Shown piece after piece: positions 45,179-55,756 of a DNA stretch of 64,000 nt (position 1 is the first letter of the stretch; every line of letters begins with the position of its first letter). The position numbers were made by a program, and so were the translations under genes. This stretch comes from Candidatus Binatia bacterium. Lineage in GTDB: Bacteria; Desulfobacterota; Binatia; UBA9968; CAXXLF01. The stretch spans positions 1,152,001-1,216,000 of the forward strand of contig CAXXLF010000002.1 in the NCBI GenBank assembly GCA_963664015.2, read 5' to 3'. The notes beneath the pieces were generated by a model. It made no database searches, was not told where the DNA came from, and was given only the letters and a program-made list of their open reading frames with translations.

Positions 45179-45782
45179 CTAAATCTTGGAACGAGGATTT
45201 TTCATAATGCGACCGAATTGGGAGGGATAGTTGTTGACGAGGCTAACGTTCTCCACGAACAGATCGTATATTCCCCAATCCCCATCCCGGTTCAACAGCT
45301 TATAAGTGACCGCGTACGGTGTCCCTTTACTATCGGTAACCTTGGAATCGACGCGGGCATAGTCCTCATCGATGACCTCCCGCAGGAAGGTCACGTCACC
45401 CCCCTTAATATAGATCGATCCTATCCGCGTAAGTCATCTCCAGGTAGTCCGTAAAGACGCCGACGAATTCCTCCCGTTCTTCAGCGGTACGGTTGCTCCA
45501 GTAACGGCCAAGAGAGCGGCGTGCCATTTCGCCGAAATTGAATAGGGGATGGACAATCTCTTTCAATCTCTCAATCCGTTCTTTTTCCCCGTTTTCATCG
45601 GAGGCTGTTTCTTTGAGGACCACAAGCCCCTTTTCGATGGCGGTACGGAGCTCATCGGTCAATTCCCCCGCCCGGGTGAGGGACGGTGTCGTTAAAAAGA
45701 ATATCGCGGCCAGAGCCAACCCGGTTACTCCTCGAAGTTTCACGATCGCCACCCCTCCTTGTGCAAGTAAACCAATCCCCAC
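45179..45782 (-). pseudogene. MlaC/Ttg2D phospholipid-binding protein, split
   Basis: FNFGEMARRSLGRYW...F...YLEMTY, then WGIYDLFVENVSLVNNY in a second frame. Confidence 0.75.
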
Positions 45783-45889
45783 ATACCCTCAGAATATCCG
45801 CCGGTATAGGAATCCGCCCAGGCACCTTTGTTTCAAGCTAAGTTCCATATTTTAAAGGATTATCATACTAATGAATTGTTCTGTAACTG

Positions 45890-45905
45890 AGCAAAACGGA
45901 TGCCA
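45890..45905 (-). promoter_or_regulatory. Putative sigma54 promoter
   Basis: Minus strand TGGCAT-CCGTT-TTGCT fits -24/-12. A weaker second site TGGAAC-TTAGC-TTGAA lies at 45832-45847. Confidence 0.6.
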
Positions 45906-46279
45906 TAGTCGTAACAGCGTGATCTTTAGGGGAGTTCCATCTTTTTGTGGGAAACGGGAGGTACCAAATTGCGCAATTAATACCGGAAAATGTTCCCCCT
46001 ATGAGAACAATTTTTCACCAATGTTCCGAGGGAAGTGATGGCAATCTCTATTTTCTTAAACCTCTTCCCATAGAATCAGCTCGACCTTCAAGCAAAGGGA
46101 TGTGTAGCCTTGACAGGTGATGGAGGCATTGGATACAAAATGAAGTTGCCAATCTAACCCATGGACGCGTTTTCACGCCGATTACAGAGCAACTAGGTCT
46201 CGATTGGAGCAATACGGCACCCGCCCCGGAATAAATTGGCCCTCAATTTAACTGGGGTTAGAAAGAAGAGCGTTTCACC

Positions 46280-46684
46280 ATGATGGTCATTGATGCCGAC
46301 GGACACGTGGAAGAATCCACTACAATGTTTGGTTCCATCGAGAACGAGTACTACCCAAGGCGGCCATTGGCCCTAGGGTTCGACCGGGACACCGCGCTAG
46401 GGGACCGCAATGCGGTCTGGCTCATCGACGGTAAGGCATATCCCAAATTGACCGGTAAGGGTGGTGTGATTTTCCTGACACCCACCCTGATGGAGAAAGC
46501 AAAACGAAAATCTGTTTCCATTCCCGCTCAAGAGCTCACCGATGTGGATGCTCGTGTGAAAGATCTGGATAAGATGGGCGTCCAGATTCAGGTGGTTTAC
46601 CCGACCCTTTTTTTAACCACCACAGCGGAAGACCAAGCCCTCGAATCAGCCCTCTTTCGGGCCTACCAACCCACGACCCATTAA
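46280..46684 (+). pseudogene. Truncated amidohydrolase_2 (N-terminal third)
   Basis: MVIDADGHVEE...ARVKDLDKMGVQIQVVYPT, then ends abruptly. TTGACA-18-TACAAA promoter at 46110-46139. Confidence 0.75.
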
Positions 46685-46707
46685 TTCCCTTAGAGACGGA
46701 GGCTCTC

Positions 46708-47916
46708 ATGCAAGCAACAAACAGGATCATTTCAGGCGACTCACATGTGGAAGTCGATTCCAAGCTCTGGGTCCACCGGGTCGACTCCAAGTATCGTGAC
46801 CGGACCCCGCGTGTCGTGCGACTTCCCAACGGCGGCGATGGCTGGGTGGTCGAGGGAATGCCCCCACGGCAGGTGGCTTCGGACCTGTACGGCGGCATGG
46901 GGCGAGAGGTCTGGCAGCCCTTTGGACAGAGGTACGAGGATACGCCGGGGACAGGTCCTGGAGAGCAACGGATCCAGGAACAGGACCGTGACGGCATTGC
47001 CGGGGAGGTGCTATTCCCTAACCAACAGGCGGGCCCAAAACTGTGGCGCAATATCAAAGACAACGACGCCTACAAGGCGGTGGTGCGGGGCTACAACGAC
47101 TGGCTGGCGGAAGAGTACTGCACGGTTGCTCCCGACCGCTTGATAGGGATCGGCGTCCTACCGAAGACCAACATCAAAGACGCCATTAGGGAGATGGAGC
47201 ATTGCGCCAAGACCGGCATGAGGGGAGTCCTGTTAACAAACTTTCCAAGCAACCATATCCACCCGACGGACGAGGACGACGAGTTCTGGAGGGCAGCCCT
47301 GGACATGAACATGCCGGTGACAGTTCACGTGGATTTGGATCGATCCGGCGCTGGCGTGGAACTGGGTCAAACCGGTCCTTTTGAAGAAAGCCTCCTGTAC
47401 TACCCCAAGGACTCTCCAGAGGTGCGTGAGAAGATTGGCCGCAACGGTCTCGTCGAACAGGTCTCCCGATTCGGACCCGTCCGGGGCTCCGGTGCCATTC
47501 CCGCTGTGCAGTTGGCATTGTCCGGAGTGTTCGACCGCTTTCCCCATCTGAGGATTTTCTTTGCAGAGAACCAGATCGGCTGGATCCCCTTCTTCCTTCA
47601 GATGGCCGATGTCCGCTACGACCGCCATGTGCACTGGACCAAGAGACTGCTTGGCTTCGAGCCGCTGAAGCGCCTACCCAGTGAGATAATACGAGATCAC
47701 TGTTGGTGGGGATTCCAATTTGACAGGATCGGCGTTGAGATGCGCCACCACATCGGTGTCGATCGCGTCATGTGGGGATCCGATTTCCCCCATCAGGAAT
47801 CCGACTGGCCGAACTCACGGGAAATCCTGGAGCGAAACTTTACCGGCGTCTCTGAGGAAGAGACTTACAAGATGTGCGGCGGTAACGTCATCGAGTTTTT
47901 CCACTTGTCCCAGTGA
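46708..47916 (+). CDS. Amidohydrolase_2 family protein
   Basis: ISGDSHVE, EQDRDGIAGEVLFP, VTVH, AENQIGW, MWGSDFPH. Confidence 0.9.
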   Translation: MQATNRIISGDSHVEVDSKLWVHRVDSKYRDRTPRVVRLPNGGDGWVVEGMPPRQVASDLYGGMGREVWQPFGQRYEDTPGTGPGEQRIQEQDRDGIAGEVLFPNQQAGPKLWRNIKDNDAYKAVVRGYNDWLAEEYCTVAPDRLIGIGVLPKTNIKDAIREMEHCAKTGMRGVLLTNFPSNHIHPTDEDDEFWRAALDMNMPVTVHVDLDRSGAGVELGQTGPFEESLLYYPKDSPEVREKIGRNGLVEQVSRFGPVRGSGAIPAVQLALSGVFDRFPHLRIFFAENQIGWIPFFLQMADVRYDRHVHWTKRLLGFEPLKRLPSEIIRDHCWWGFQFDRIGVEMRHHIGVDRVMWGSDFPHQESDWPNSREILERNFTGVSEEETYKMCGGNVIEFFHLSQ

Positions 47917-47986
47917 CCTCGACTTGCAACAAACTTCCAGTGAACGAACGCTGGAGATCCTTCTTGGCTGTATTTATCAGCAGATC

Positions 47987-48709
47987 TCAGAGGAGCATCG
48001 TATCAAAGAAAAACTGTTCAGCGGCGGTATAGGATTGGGGTGTACCAATATCCAAAAAGCGTCCTTCACACAAATATTCGTATAACCCCTTCCCAATCCA
48101 TGCAGGAAAGACTTCCGTCTCCAGAGAAACCATATGGGCCGGTTGGATAGCCTCAATCAAAGAGCGGTCGATGATATATATTCCGGCATTGATCCACGCC
48201 GGACCTGAATTGCCGGTCTTCTCGGCAAATTCGACCACCGCTCCATTTGCGTCAACTTTACCCCGGCCGTACCGCGCCGCATCGTTCACCTTGATTAGTG
48301 CCATGGTCGCCCGCGCCCCATGACCTCTGTGCCAAGCATACAAGTGTTCCAGGTCAATGGTGCAGAAGGTATCCCCGTTCATGACCAGCACTGGATCCGA
48401 GTCCAACTTGGGTAAAGCCAGGCGCAAAGCCCCGGCGGTGCCCAGAGGCGAGTCTTCTTGGGAATAGACCAATCGCATCTTGCCCCGAATGTCGCCACAG
48501 GTCATCCATACCTTTTCCCCCAGGTATCCTGTGCATAGAAAAACCCTTCGAGCCCCAAATAATGAAAGTTGGTCCAGCAGGTAGTTCAATAAGGGCTTTC
48601 CATGGATTTCAGCTAAGGCCTTGGGGCGGTCGCCTACAACTGGACTCAAACGGGTTCCCAATCCTCCGACTAAAATCGCTGCCGTTAAATTCGCCCTCAC
48701 ACGTTCCAA
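47987..48709 (-). CDS. Sugar-phosphate nucleotidyltransferase (HddC/WcbM-like)
   Basis: ILVGGLGTRL...PK, PLGTAGAL, MNGDT, FLDIGTPQSY. Confidence 0.85.
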   Translation of the reverse strand: MERVRANLTAAILVGGLGTRLSPVVGDRPKALAEIHGKPLLNYLLDQLSLFGARRVFLCTGYLGEKVWMTCGDIRGKMRLVYSQEDSPLGTAGALRLALPKLDSDPVLVMNGDTFCTIDLEHLYAWHRGHGARATMALIKVNDAARYGRGKVDANGAVVEFAEKTGNSGPAWINAGIYIIDRSLIEAIQPAHMVSLETEVFPAWIGKGLYEYLCEGRFLDIGTPQSYTAAEQFFFDTMLL

Positions 48710-48724
48710 GGGACGCTCGCCCCG

Positions 48725-49510
48725 TCAATTGATACCCTTGCGCAGTTCCTGAATTCCCTCTTCTAAGGAACGCCGCGCCTCGGAACCTGCCTCACGCAAC
48801 CTTTGGTTCGACACCAAGTAGTTGCGTTTATCCGGGTCCATCCTGATGGGCGCAAAGTGAATGTAGAAGTGGGGGACGAATCCCTTCACCTTGAGCGCCA
48901 GACCCTCTTTGGACAAGTTGGCCTCGTCGAGCCCCACGTTATAAGAACAACCCGTCATCTTCTTGGAGTTTTCGATACCGTAGATAAAACAATTGGCGAC
49001 GTCTCGAATGTGGAAGTAATTGCGCTTGAAGTCCTTTTCAAAGATCACGAGATAGCCGTCTTTGGCAGCGGCATAGACAAAGTGGTTTACGAGAAGGTCC
49101 AGTCGCATCCTCGGCGACATGCCAAACACCGTGACCAGTCGAAGGGGAATGGTATTGGGGGCTGCACAACTCCGCTTCTGCATCCATCTTGCCCCGACCG
49201 TAAAGCGAGACGGGTTCCAACGGGGTCTCTTCAGTACAGTAGGAATCGCCCGATTGGGTCCCGTAGCCGCTGTTGGTCGTTGGGAAGACAACCAATTGGG
49301 CCGGGCTCCGCAGTTGATTGAGAAGTCGGATCGCATCCAGGTTGACCGAGCGGGCAAGCCACGGGTCCCGGTCACAGGCCGGCGCCCCAACAACCGCAGC
49401 CAGTGGGATAATCACATCGGCCTCGCTGACCAGGCTCCGCATCAAACCTTCATCCCGAACGTCACCGAGAATAAAGTGGAAACGCAACTTGGCGCAGAGG
49501 TGAAGGTAGC
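48725..49510 (-). pseudogene. NAD-dependent epimerase/dehydratase, 5'-truncated and frameshifted
   Basis: GDVRD, IIPLAAVVGAPAC, SLYGRGK (YxxxK), then LRLVTVFGMSPRMRLDLLVN in another frame. No GxxGxxG N-terminus. Confidence 0.8.
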
Positions 49511-49526
49511 GGAGGCAGAAAACTTT

Positions 49527-49862
49527 ATGCTGAGGGGGCCCGACGGATCGGAGCGAGGGAAGATGGGCACGTCTCCCGAAGGTCATCCCTACCTAGTCTT
49601 ATTGGAACGAAGCGGAAGGCCCCGCGTCGCTCTAGGCAGGCTTTATGGACATGCAAGCCGAGAAATAGAAGGGCAAGTGATAACGTACGGGAGTGGGCCG
49701 AGCGAAGGGTACTACGACAAGGACGGCAAACCTCGGTCCACCGTACCCTATTCCCAATGGCTAAAAGAGCGAACCACCTATGTTCAAAAGCCGGGGGAAC
49801 CCGCCGAGTCCGTTGTGGTCATATTTGATGGGTCAGGCAATGTGGCCTGAAGCGTACCGTAG
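49527..49862 (+). pseudogene. Fragment of a hypothetical protein
   Basis: Protein-like stretch MLRGPDGSERG...VVIFDGSGNVA*SVP*. The TGA sits at a probable Trp position. Confidence 0.35.
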
Positions 49863-49874
49863 TGAGCCTTTACT

Positions 49875-50042
49875 TCAGAGCGCATAGAGCAGAAGATAGC
49901 GAACAATAGGCAGCGGGCAGTCTTCAGCCTTTCTGCGATCCTCAATCATCAATTTTCTATTTTCGAATCCCGTTGCTCAGTTCTCACCACTCGTCACTCC
50001 TTCCTGAGGACGCTATAGGTTCTGCGCTTAGCACTTTGCATT
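49875..50042 (-). repeat. 7-nt repeat mosaic downstream of the PqqC/TenA-like gene
   Basis: The sense strand shows GAGTGAC/GAGTGGT, GAAAATA/GATGATT/GAGGATC and GCTCTATGCGCT blocks related to R1-R3. Confidence 0.6.
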
Positions 50043-50043
50043 C

Positions 50044-50844
50044 TTAAAAATGGCCTAGCTCCTGGGCATGCTTATATATTCCGTCGTGGAACAGAGCGAC
50101 AAAATCCGCATTGGAAAGGCAGGTATATTCAGCAGACCACCCGGGACGCGACCAGACAAGACCGTCTACTAGCATTGTTTGAAACACCGTCTGGGCCACC
50201 TGGCCATGAGCCATCAACCCGTCTTCATGCTCATGAAGATCAGCCTCTTCGTGGACTTTAAAATAGTGCAGTTGGGCGTCGGTGAATTTGTATTTTTCCA
50301 GCAGCGCCTCACGCCACTGCTTTGACCAGTGACCGAACATCTCTTCATTGAGAGAACGCCCCCACCATTCGATCATAGACCCTTCGTAGACCAACCCCCG
50401 GGCAAACTCCGTCAGGGCACGGCACTCGGGATAGACCTCGCAATTGACCATGTCGTCCCGAGTCAAACCGAAAATATAGCCTTGCTCGAGTAACACCTGG
50501 ATATGACCCGGTATCTTTGGATTGACCAGTTCATCACTGATCTTACCCACGTAGGGACCCAACAGCTCCGGGTGGCGGGAGAAGAACCCCTGGTGCCGCT
50601 GGTATATAATGAGATGAAAGTTGTTAATTTCCAGGGGATAGCTGTAGTAGTGACGCCAGAAAAGCTTGATCGTTTCTAGAGGGAGTTTTCCTGCTCTTAA
50701 ATCGCGCATGAAGGGCCCGTCGAATATCTTTTCCTGCCACCGGGCACGCATTTTCTGGCAAATTTCATCCGAGTAGGCCTTGGCCTGCTCGGGGGTAAAG
50801 CTCTGCCCCTGATCCAGCGTAGCGCCTTTGGTTCCGTCCCTCAT
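50044..50844 (-). CDS. TenA/PqqC/CADD-like heme-oxygenase-fold protein (putative diiron)
   Basis: PFMRDLRAGKLP, DE...GH, NEE and YFKVHEEADLHEH ligand pattern. Confidence 0.75.
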   Translation of the reverse strand: MRDGTKGATLDQGQSFTPEQAKAYSDEICQKMRARWQEKIFDGPFMRDLRAGKLPLETIKLFWRHYYSYPLEINNFHLIIYQRHQGFFSRHPELLGPYVGKISDELVNPKIPGHIQVLLEQGYIFGLTRDDMVNCEVYPECRALTEFARGLVYEGSMIEWWGRSLNEEMFGHWSKQWREALLEKYKFTDAQLHYFKVHEEADLHEHEDGLMAHGQVAQTVFQTMLVDGLVWSRPGWSAEYTCLSNADFVALFHDGIYKHAQELGHF

Positions 50845-50915
50845 GATTCCCTCCCTGCTCTCTCATTCACGGGTTTTCACCGACACGACATTCCATTGAT
50901 CGATAGTGCCAAGGG

Positions 50916-51845
50916 TCACGGGAGGGCGAGCGAGATCCCCGTCTCGATTAAGCCGTTTTTCAATTCCTCCCGCTCCTTATCAGTGAAGGGCAAGCAGTCC
51001 CAGCGAGGGAACTTCCGTACCGGAAGACCCCGAAGCTGCATAATCTCCTGGAATGTTACCCGTCCATGGGCCCCCAGATAACGTCCCACCACCTGGAGCA
51101 CTGCAGCGATCTGATCATGGTACTTTCGGGCGTCTTCAGACCGTCCTTCCTTCAAGGCGAGCCACATCTGGACGCATATCTCCGGAAAGGGTGTGGTCGG
51201 CGGGTGAATGGCCCCTCTGGCTCCGAGAGCAAAACCCGAGAAGAGCGATAATACGGACCCTGGGAATACCCCAATGGAGGAAGGAAGCTTGAAGAGATAC
51301 CCCAATAACGCATCGAAGGTGAGAAAAGAGACTTTGATTCCGGCTAGCGAAGATTTGGGGGAAATGGCCTCCTGAATCTTCAATGCCTTTTCCGGAGTGA
51401 CATGGACCCGGGTGGTTTCCGTGTTGTCGTAGATAAACAAAGGGACACCGGGGACGGCTTCCGCGACCTTCTTGTAATGGGCGATCACCTCATAATCATT
51501 GTGGGGATAATAGTAAGGCGTAATTAGCGCCAGGGCATCAACCCCAAGGCCGGCGCCGTGCCGTGCCAAATCGATGGAAGAGTAGGTGTTAGCGGTGCCA
51601 ACCTGGAGGACGATGGGAACCCGCCCAGCGACGCGACGTACGAAACGCTCGGACGCCCGCTTTCGTTCGTCGATCTCCATCACCATACCCTGTCCGTGGG
51701 TGCCGAAGGCAAAAAAGCCTTGAACACCGGCATTGATATAAAAGTCGGTGAGGGCATCGTTGCCTTCATCATCGAAGCTGCCGTCCTCCCGGAAGGCGGT
51801 AGGGGCCGGAATGAGAATCCCTTCGAGCTTTGAATTACTAGCCAT
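50916..51845 (-). CDS. DHDPS/NAL-family class I aldolase/dehydratase
   Basis: PTAF, GTHGQG, TPYYY, FIYDN, GIKVS Schiff-base Lys. Confidence 0.88.
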   Translation of the reverse strand: MASNSKLEGILIPAPTAFREDGSFDDEGNDALTDFYINAGVQGFFAFGTHGQGMVMEIDERKRASERFVRRVAGRVPIVLQVGTANTYSSIDLARHGAGLGVDALALITPYYYPHNDYEVIAHYKKVAEAVPGVPLFIYDNTETTRVHVTPEKALKIQEAISPKSSLAGIKVSFLTFDALLGYLFKLPSSIGVFPGSVLSLFSGFALGARGAIHPPTTPFPEICVQMWLALKEGRSEDARKYHDQIAAVLQVVGRYLGAHGRVTFQEIMQLRGLPVRKFPRWDCLPFTDKEREELKNGLIETGISLALP

Positions 51846-52031
51846 GGGCGAGTCCTCTCCTTTGTTGGATTTGCTTTGCTAAGGTGCCCTTATATTTTCA
51901 TCCTCGGGACGTGTCAACCCCAAACCGAAAGATTTTGACCAGAACGAGCTTGACATGAGATTGCCCGTTCGGATAGGTTCCGACGCAATAAGAAAGAAGA
52001 GGGCCCATCCCCCCCCTCAAGAAAGGCAAAC

Positions 52032-53633
52032 ATGGCTTACTACCGCGACCTCAGAGATTGGCTCAACACGCTGGAAGACAAAGGCTATCTGTATCGAATT
52101 CGGACACCTGTAAACAAAGACTCGGAGATGCACCCCCTGGTCCGTCTGCAATTCCGCGGGCTACAGGAAGAAGCACGCAAGGGGTGGCTATTCGAAAAGG
52201 TCACCGACGTCTCGGGCAGGACTTATGACATACCCGTGGCCCTAGCGGTGATGGCCCCCAATCGGTCCGTCTACGCACTGGGGATGGGTGTGAGTTCCCC
52301 CGCGGAGATTGCTGGCAAGTGGACACAAGCACTGTCCCACCCCATTCCACCCCGGATCGTTTCCTCGGCCCCCTGTCAGGAAGTGGTCTACGAAGGTAAG
52401 GCCCTCGACGAGGCAGGCGGTGCCGGCATACTCCCCGTCCCCATCTCCACACCCGGTTACGATTCCGCTCCGTTCCTAAGTTTAGGCCACTGGGTAACCA
52501 ATGACCCTGAAACAGGCGACACAAATTTTGGCACGTACCGGGGTCAGATAAAGAGCCCCACACGTATCGGTTTATTTGCATTTCCTTATCAAGACATCAG
52601 TAAGCACTGGACCAAGGCACAATCCATGGGAAAGCCCCTAGAGGCCGCCATTGTAATTGGCTGCACCCCCAATCTCTCCTACTGTTCTACTTCCAGGCTC
52701 ACCGAACCAGAGTACACGGTGGCGGGAGGTATCGCGGGAGAGCCCGTGGACCTGGTGCATTGCAAGACAGTTGACCTGCTGGTCCCGGCTAATAGTGAAA
52801 TTGTAATTGAAGGGGTTATCCCCACGGATCAGCTCGAACCCGAGGGTTGCTTCGGTGAGTTTACGGGATACATGGCCCACCGTGATTCGGATAAGTTCAT
52901 TAACGTCACCTGCATTACTCATAGACGTGCACCCATTTTTCAAGCCTTTCTTAGCCAGTTCCCACCCAGCGAATCGAGCGTGCTACGCGGCATAGGGTTG
53001 GAGAGCGTCATCACCAAGCTCCTCACCGTGGAGCATAAAATAAAAGAGATTCTCGAGGTGTCACTTCCGGACGCTGCGGGTAGTCACGGGGTCTGCGTCA
53101 TCAGGATGGACAAAAAAGAAAAGACCCTCAAACCGATGGAGGCGTTACACGTGGTTGCCGGAATGCCCAGGGCTGCACCCAAGATCATTATTGCTGTGGA
53201 CGAGGACGTGGACCCGCGGGACGCCGAAGCCGTCAACTGGGCCATGTCTTACCGGATGCAGCCCTATCGCGACATCGAGATCCGAGAGACCGAGTTATCC
53301 CTCGGACTTGATTTCTCCATTGCCCCCCCTGATGCCCGTAAAGATGTGGCATCCATGAAAAGCTCGGCCATCCTGATCGACGCCACATGCAAGTGGGCCT
53401 ACCCCCCGACCTCCCTACCCCAACGGCCATTTATGGAAAAGGCCCAGGCCATCTGGGAGGAGATGGGACTCCCTGAGCTCAAGCTCAAGACCCCCTGGTT
53501 CGGTACTAACTTAGGGAGCTGGAGCCAGGAGGACGTAGAGGATGCCCAACGGGCCCTCCAAGGCGAGCACTACATTACGGGTAAAATTAGGGAAGGACAG
53601 CGGGTAACTCTAAAAAAACCGGAGAAGAAATAG
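52032..53633 (+). CDS. UbiD-family (prFMN) decarboxylase
   Basis: YRDLRDW, GTYRGQ, PANSEIVIEG, EGCFGEFTGY, AVDEDVDP, IDAT. Confidence 0.92.
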   Translation: MAYYRDLRDWLNTLEDKGYLYRIRTPVNKDSEMHPLVRLQFRGLQEEARKGWLFEKVTDVSGRTYDIPVALAVMAPNRSVYALGMGVSSPAEIAGKWTQALSHPIPPRIVSSAPCQEVVYEGKALDEAGGAGILPVPISTPGYDSAPFLSLGHWVTNDPETGDTNFGTYRGQIKSPTRIGLFAFPYQDISKHWTKAQSMGKPLEAAIVIGCTPNLSYCSTSRLTEPEYTVAGGIAGEPVDLVHCKTVDLLVPANSEIVIEGVIPTDQLEPEGCFGEFTGYMAHRDSDKFINVTCITHRRAPIFQAFLSQFPPSESSVLRGIGLESVITKLLTVEHKIKEILEVSLPDAAGSHGVCVIRMDKKEKTLKPMEALHVVAGMPRAAPKIIIAVDEDVDPRDAEAVNWAMSYRMQPYRDIEIRETELSLGLDFSIAPPDARKDVASMKSSAILIDATCKWAYPPTSLPQRPFMEKAQAIWEEMGLPELKLKTPWFGTNLGSWSQEDVEDAQRALQGEHYITGKIREGQRVTLKKPEKK

Positions 53634-53696
53634 CTATCAAACATATTTGAAATTTTCCCCTAAGTTTGCCCTTTAAGGGAATCGGATAAACAACGA

Positions 53697-53778
53697 CTCG
53701 CGCAAAGACGCAAAGGACGCCAAGTTCGGCGCAAATAACCAAACTCTTCTCTTTGCGGGCTTGGCGTCTTGAAGCGAT
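53697..53778. repeat. 8/9-nt palindromic intergenic repeat
   Basis: CGCAAAGACGCAAAGGACGCCAAG...CTTTGCGGGCTTGGCGTCTT between convergent genes. Confidence 0.65.
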
Positions 53779-53809
53779 TAAAATCCGGCTCCTAAAGCTT
53801 TGATGCCCT

Positions 53810-54511
53810 TCAGTCCACCTGGAGGAGAGGATCTTTCAAACCAGCCTCGGCAAACCCTTTTTTTCTGAGTAGACAGGAATCACACTGACCGCAGGGGTTA
53901 CCCTCGGGTGTGGCCTCGTAACACGACCAGGTCGATCCAAAATCCACCCCCAGTTCGTATCCCTTGCGAATAATCTGGTTCTTGCTCATTTGAATGAGGG
54001 GCGTGTGAATCTTGAAACGACTTTTACCCTCGACCCCGGCCTTCGTCGCCAGGTTGGCAAGCCGCTCGAAGGCCTCCACGTATTCGGGTCGGCAATCCGG
54101 GTAACCCGAATAGTCGTAGACGTTGGCACCGAAGAACAGATCCTCGGCACCGATGACTTCCGCCCAACCTAGGGCATGGGCGAGGAATATGGTGTTTCGC
54201 GCGGGGACATAGGTAACGGGGATACCGTGTCCGATCTCTTTCAGTGCCCGTCCCTTGGGTACCGGAATATCCGCAGTGAGGGCGGAACCTCCCGTGGCGC
54301 GGAGGTCCAGAGTAAGGATCAGATGCTCGGCAACTCCCAACGTAGCAGCGACGCGCCTGGCCGATTCGAGTTCTCGGCCATGACGCTGGCCGTAAGAGAA
54401 GGAAAGGGCATAGCACGCAAAGCCTTCGCTTTTCACCGTGGCCAGTACTGTCGATGAATCGGCGCCACCGGATAATAGGACCACAGCTTTTTTCAACTGA
54501 TTTTCTTCCAT
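53810..54511 (-). CDS. queC: 7-cyano-7-deazaguanine synthase
   Basis: [37 protein letters not shown]...CGQCDSC. Confidence 0.95.
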   Translation of the reverse strand: MEENQLKKAVVLLSGGADSSTVLATVKSEGFACYALSFSYGQRHGRELESARRVAATLGVAEHLILTLDLRATGGSALTADIPVPKGRALKEIGHGIPVTYVPARNTIFLAHALGWAEVIGAEDLFFGANVYDYSGYPDCRPEYVEAFERLANLATKAGVEGKSRFKIHTPLIQMSKNQIIRKGYELGVDFGSTWSCYEATPEGNPCGQCDSCLLRKKGFAEAGLKDPLLQVD

Positions 54512-54577
54512 GTGCGGATCGAAAAGAGACAGGAGATGCCCCCCCCCATTGCCCAAGTGACGAAGGGGCACGCCAAT

Positions 54578-55756
54578 CTAACGTGCGCCAACCTGTGCGT
54601 CGTGGCTGGCGCGGATAGCACGGGCCCGGCCTTCCATCACGCCAGCCTCGTCCTCGCGCTGGGTCTTTCGAAGCAGTGCAGCGTAGTTGTCCAGGGTGAT
54701 AGCCACATCCGGATGCGCCTCGCCCAAAGTCCTCTCCCAAACCACCAGCGCCCGTTGGTAATGGGCTTCCGCCGCGCCGGACTTTCCCTGCGCATGGTAG
54801 AGCAATGCCAGGTTGTTCAAACCCTGCCCCCGATACGGGTGGTCGTCTCCCAGACGCTTTTCTACGATAGCCAGCGAACGTTTGAAGATCGGCTCAGCCT
54901 CGGTGTACTTTCCCTGGGCCTGTAAGGCCAGTCCCAGGTTGTTCAGATCCGTAGCCACATCTGGATGGCCGCGGCCAAGGGCCTTCTCGCCAATGGCTAA
55001 ACCGCGCTTGTGAACCCGCTCCGACTCGGCGTACCTGCCCTGGCCACGGTAGAGGGTCCCCAGGTTGTTCAGATCCCTACCCACATCGGGATGTTTGGAT
55101 CCGAGCGCCTTTTCATCGATCTTAAGCGCCCTGATCAATATGGGTTCGGCCTCAGCATATCGTTCCTCGGCTTGATACAGCGACGCCAGGTTGTTCAGGC
55201 TTGTGGCAACATGGGGATGGGTCGCACCAAGGGACTTTTCCAGGATTCCCAGGGCACGCTTGTAAAGCGGTTCGGCCTCGGCGTACTTGGCCTGTGCATA
55301 GTAGACCGCCGCCAGGTTGTTCAAGTCCGTAGCGATATCCGGGTTATCGGGCCCCAACGTCTTTTCGTCAATAGCCAGGACCCGCTTGTGCATGGCTAAG
55401 GCCTCGGCGTATCTACCCTGGGCATAGTAGAGTTGGGCCAGGTTGTACATGTTCGGGACCAGCTCGGGGTTGTCGGATCCGAGTAATTCCTCACCGATTG
55501 CTAAAGCCTTCTTCAATAACGATTCGACTTGAGCATACTTCCCTTGGATGTAGAGCTCTTTGGCCTTTTTATTTAAGGTTTGGGCCAGATACCAGTCCTT
55601 AGGTCCCAATGGGCGATCTTCGGCGGAACTGGAGGTGGTCCATCCCAGTCCAAGGAGCAGGGCTACGGATATAGCACATACCCAAATCCGACCCAACCGA
55701 TGGACGGCGTTCGGGAATTCCCCTCCTTGTACGGATACTCGGCGCTTAAAACTCAT
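54578..55756 (-). CDS. Tetratricopeptide repeat protein (kinesin-light-chain-like 42-aa repeats), likely exported or anchored
   Basis: About 7 repeats of LNNLA.LY..QG.Y.EAEP...RAL.I.EK.LG..HP, with an N-terminal hydrophobic segment. Confidence 0.9.
   Translation of the reverse strand: MSFKRRVSVQGGEFPNAVHRLGRIWVCAISVALLLGLGWTTSSSAEDRPLGPKDWYLAQTLNKKAKELYIQGKYAQVESLLKKALAIGEELLGSDNPELVPNMYNLAQLYYAQGRYAEALAMHKRVLAIDEKTLGPDNPDIATDLNNLAAVYYAQAKYAEAEPLYKRALGILEKSLGATHPHVATSLNNLASLYQAEERYAEAEPILIRALKIDEKALGSKHPDVGRDLNNLGTLYRGQGRYAESERVHKRGLAIGEKALGRGHPDVATDLNNLGLALQAQGKYTEAEPIFKRSLAIVEKRLGDDHPYRGQGLNNLALLYHAQGKSGAAEAHYQRALVVWERTLGEAHPDVAITLDNYAALLRKTQREDEAGVMEGRARAIRASHDAQVGAR

Noticed and set aside
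53810-54511. queC as part of a Qat or Dpd DNA-modification/defence system
   Set aside because: It has the size and motifs of a canonical QueC, with no qat, dpd or tatD neighbours.
54600-55560. 126-bp periodic DNA repeats
   Set aside because: Fully explained by the 42-aa TPR units of the encoded protein.
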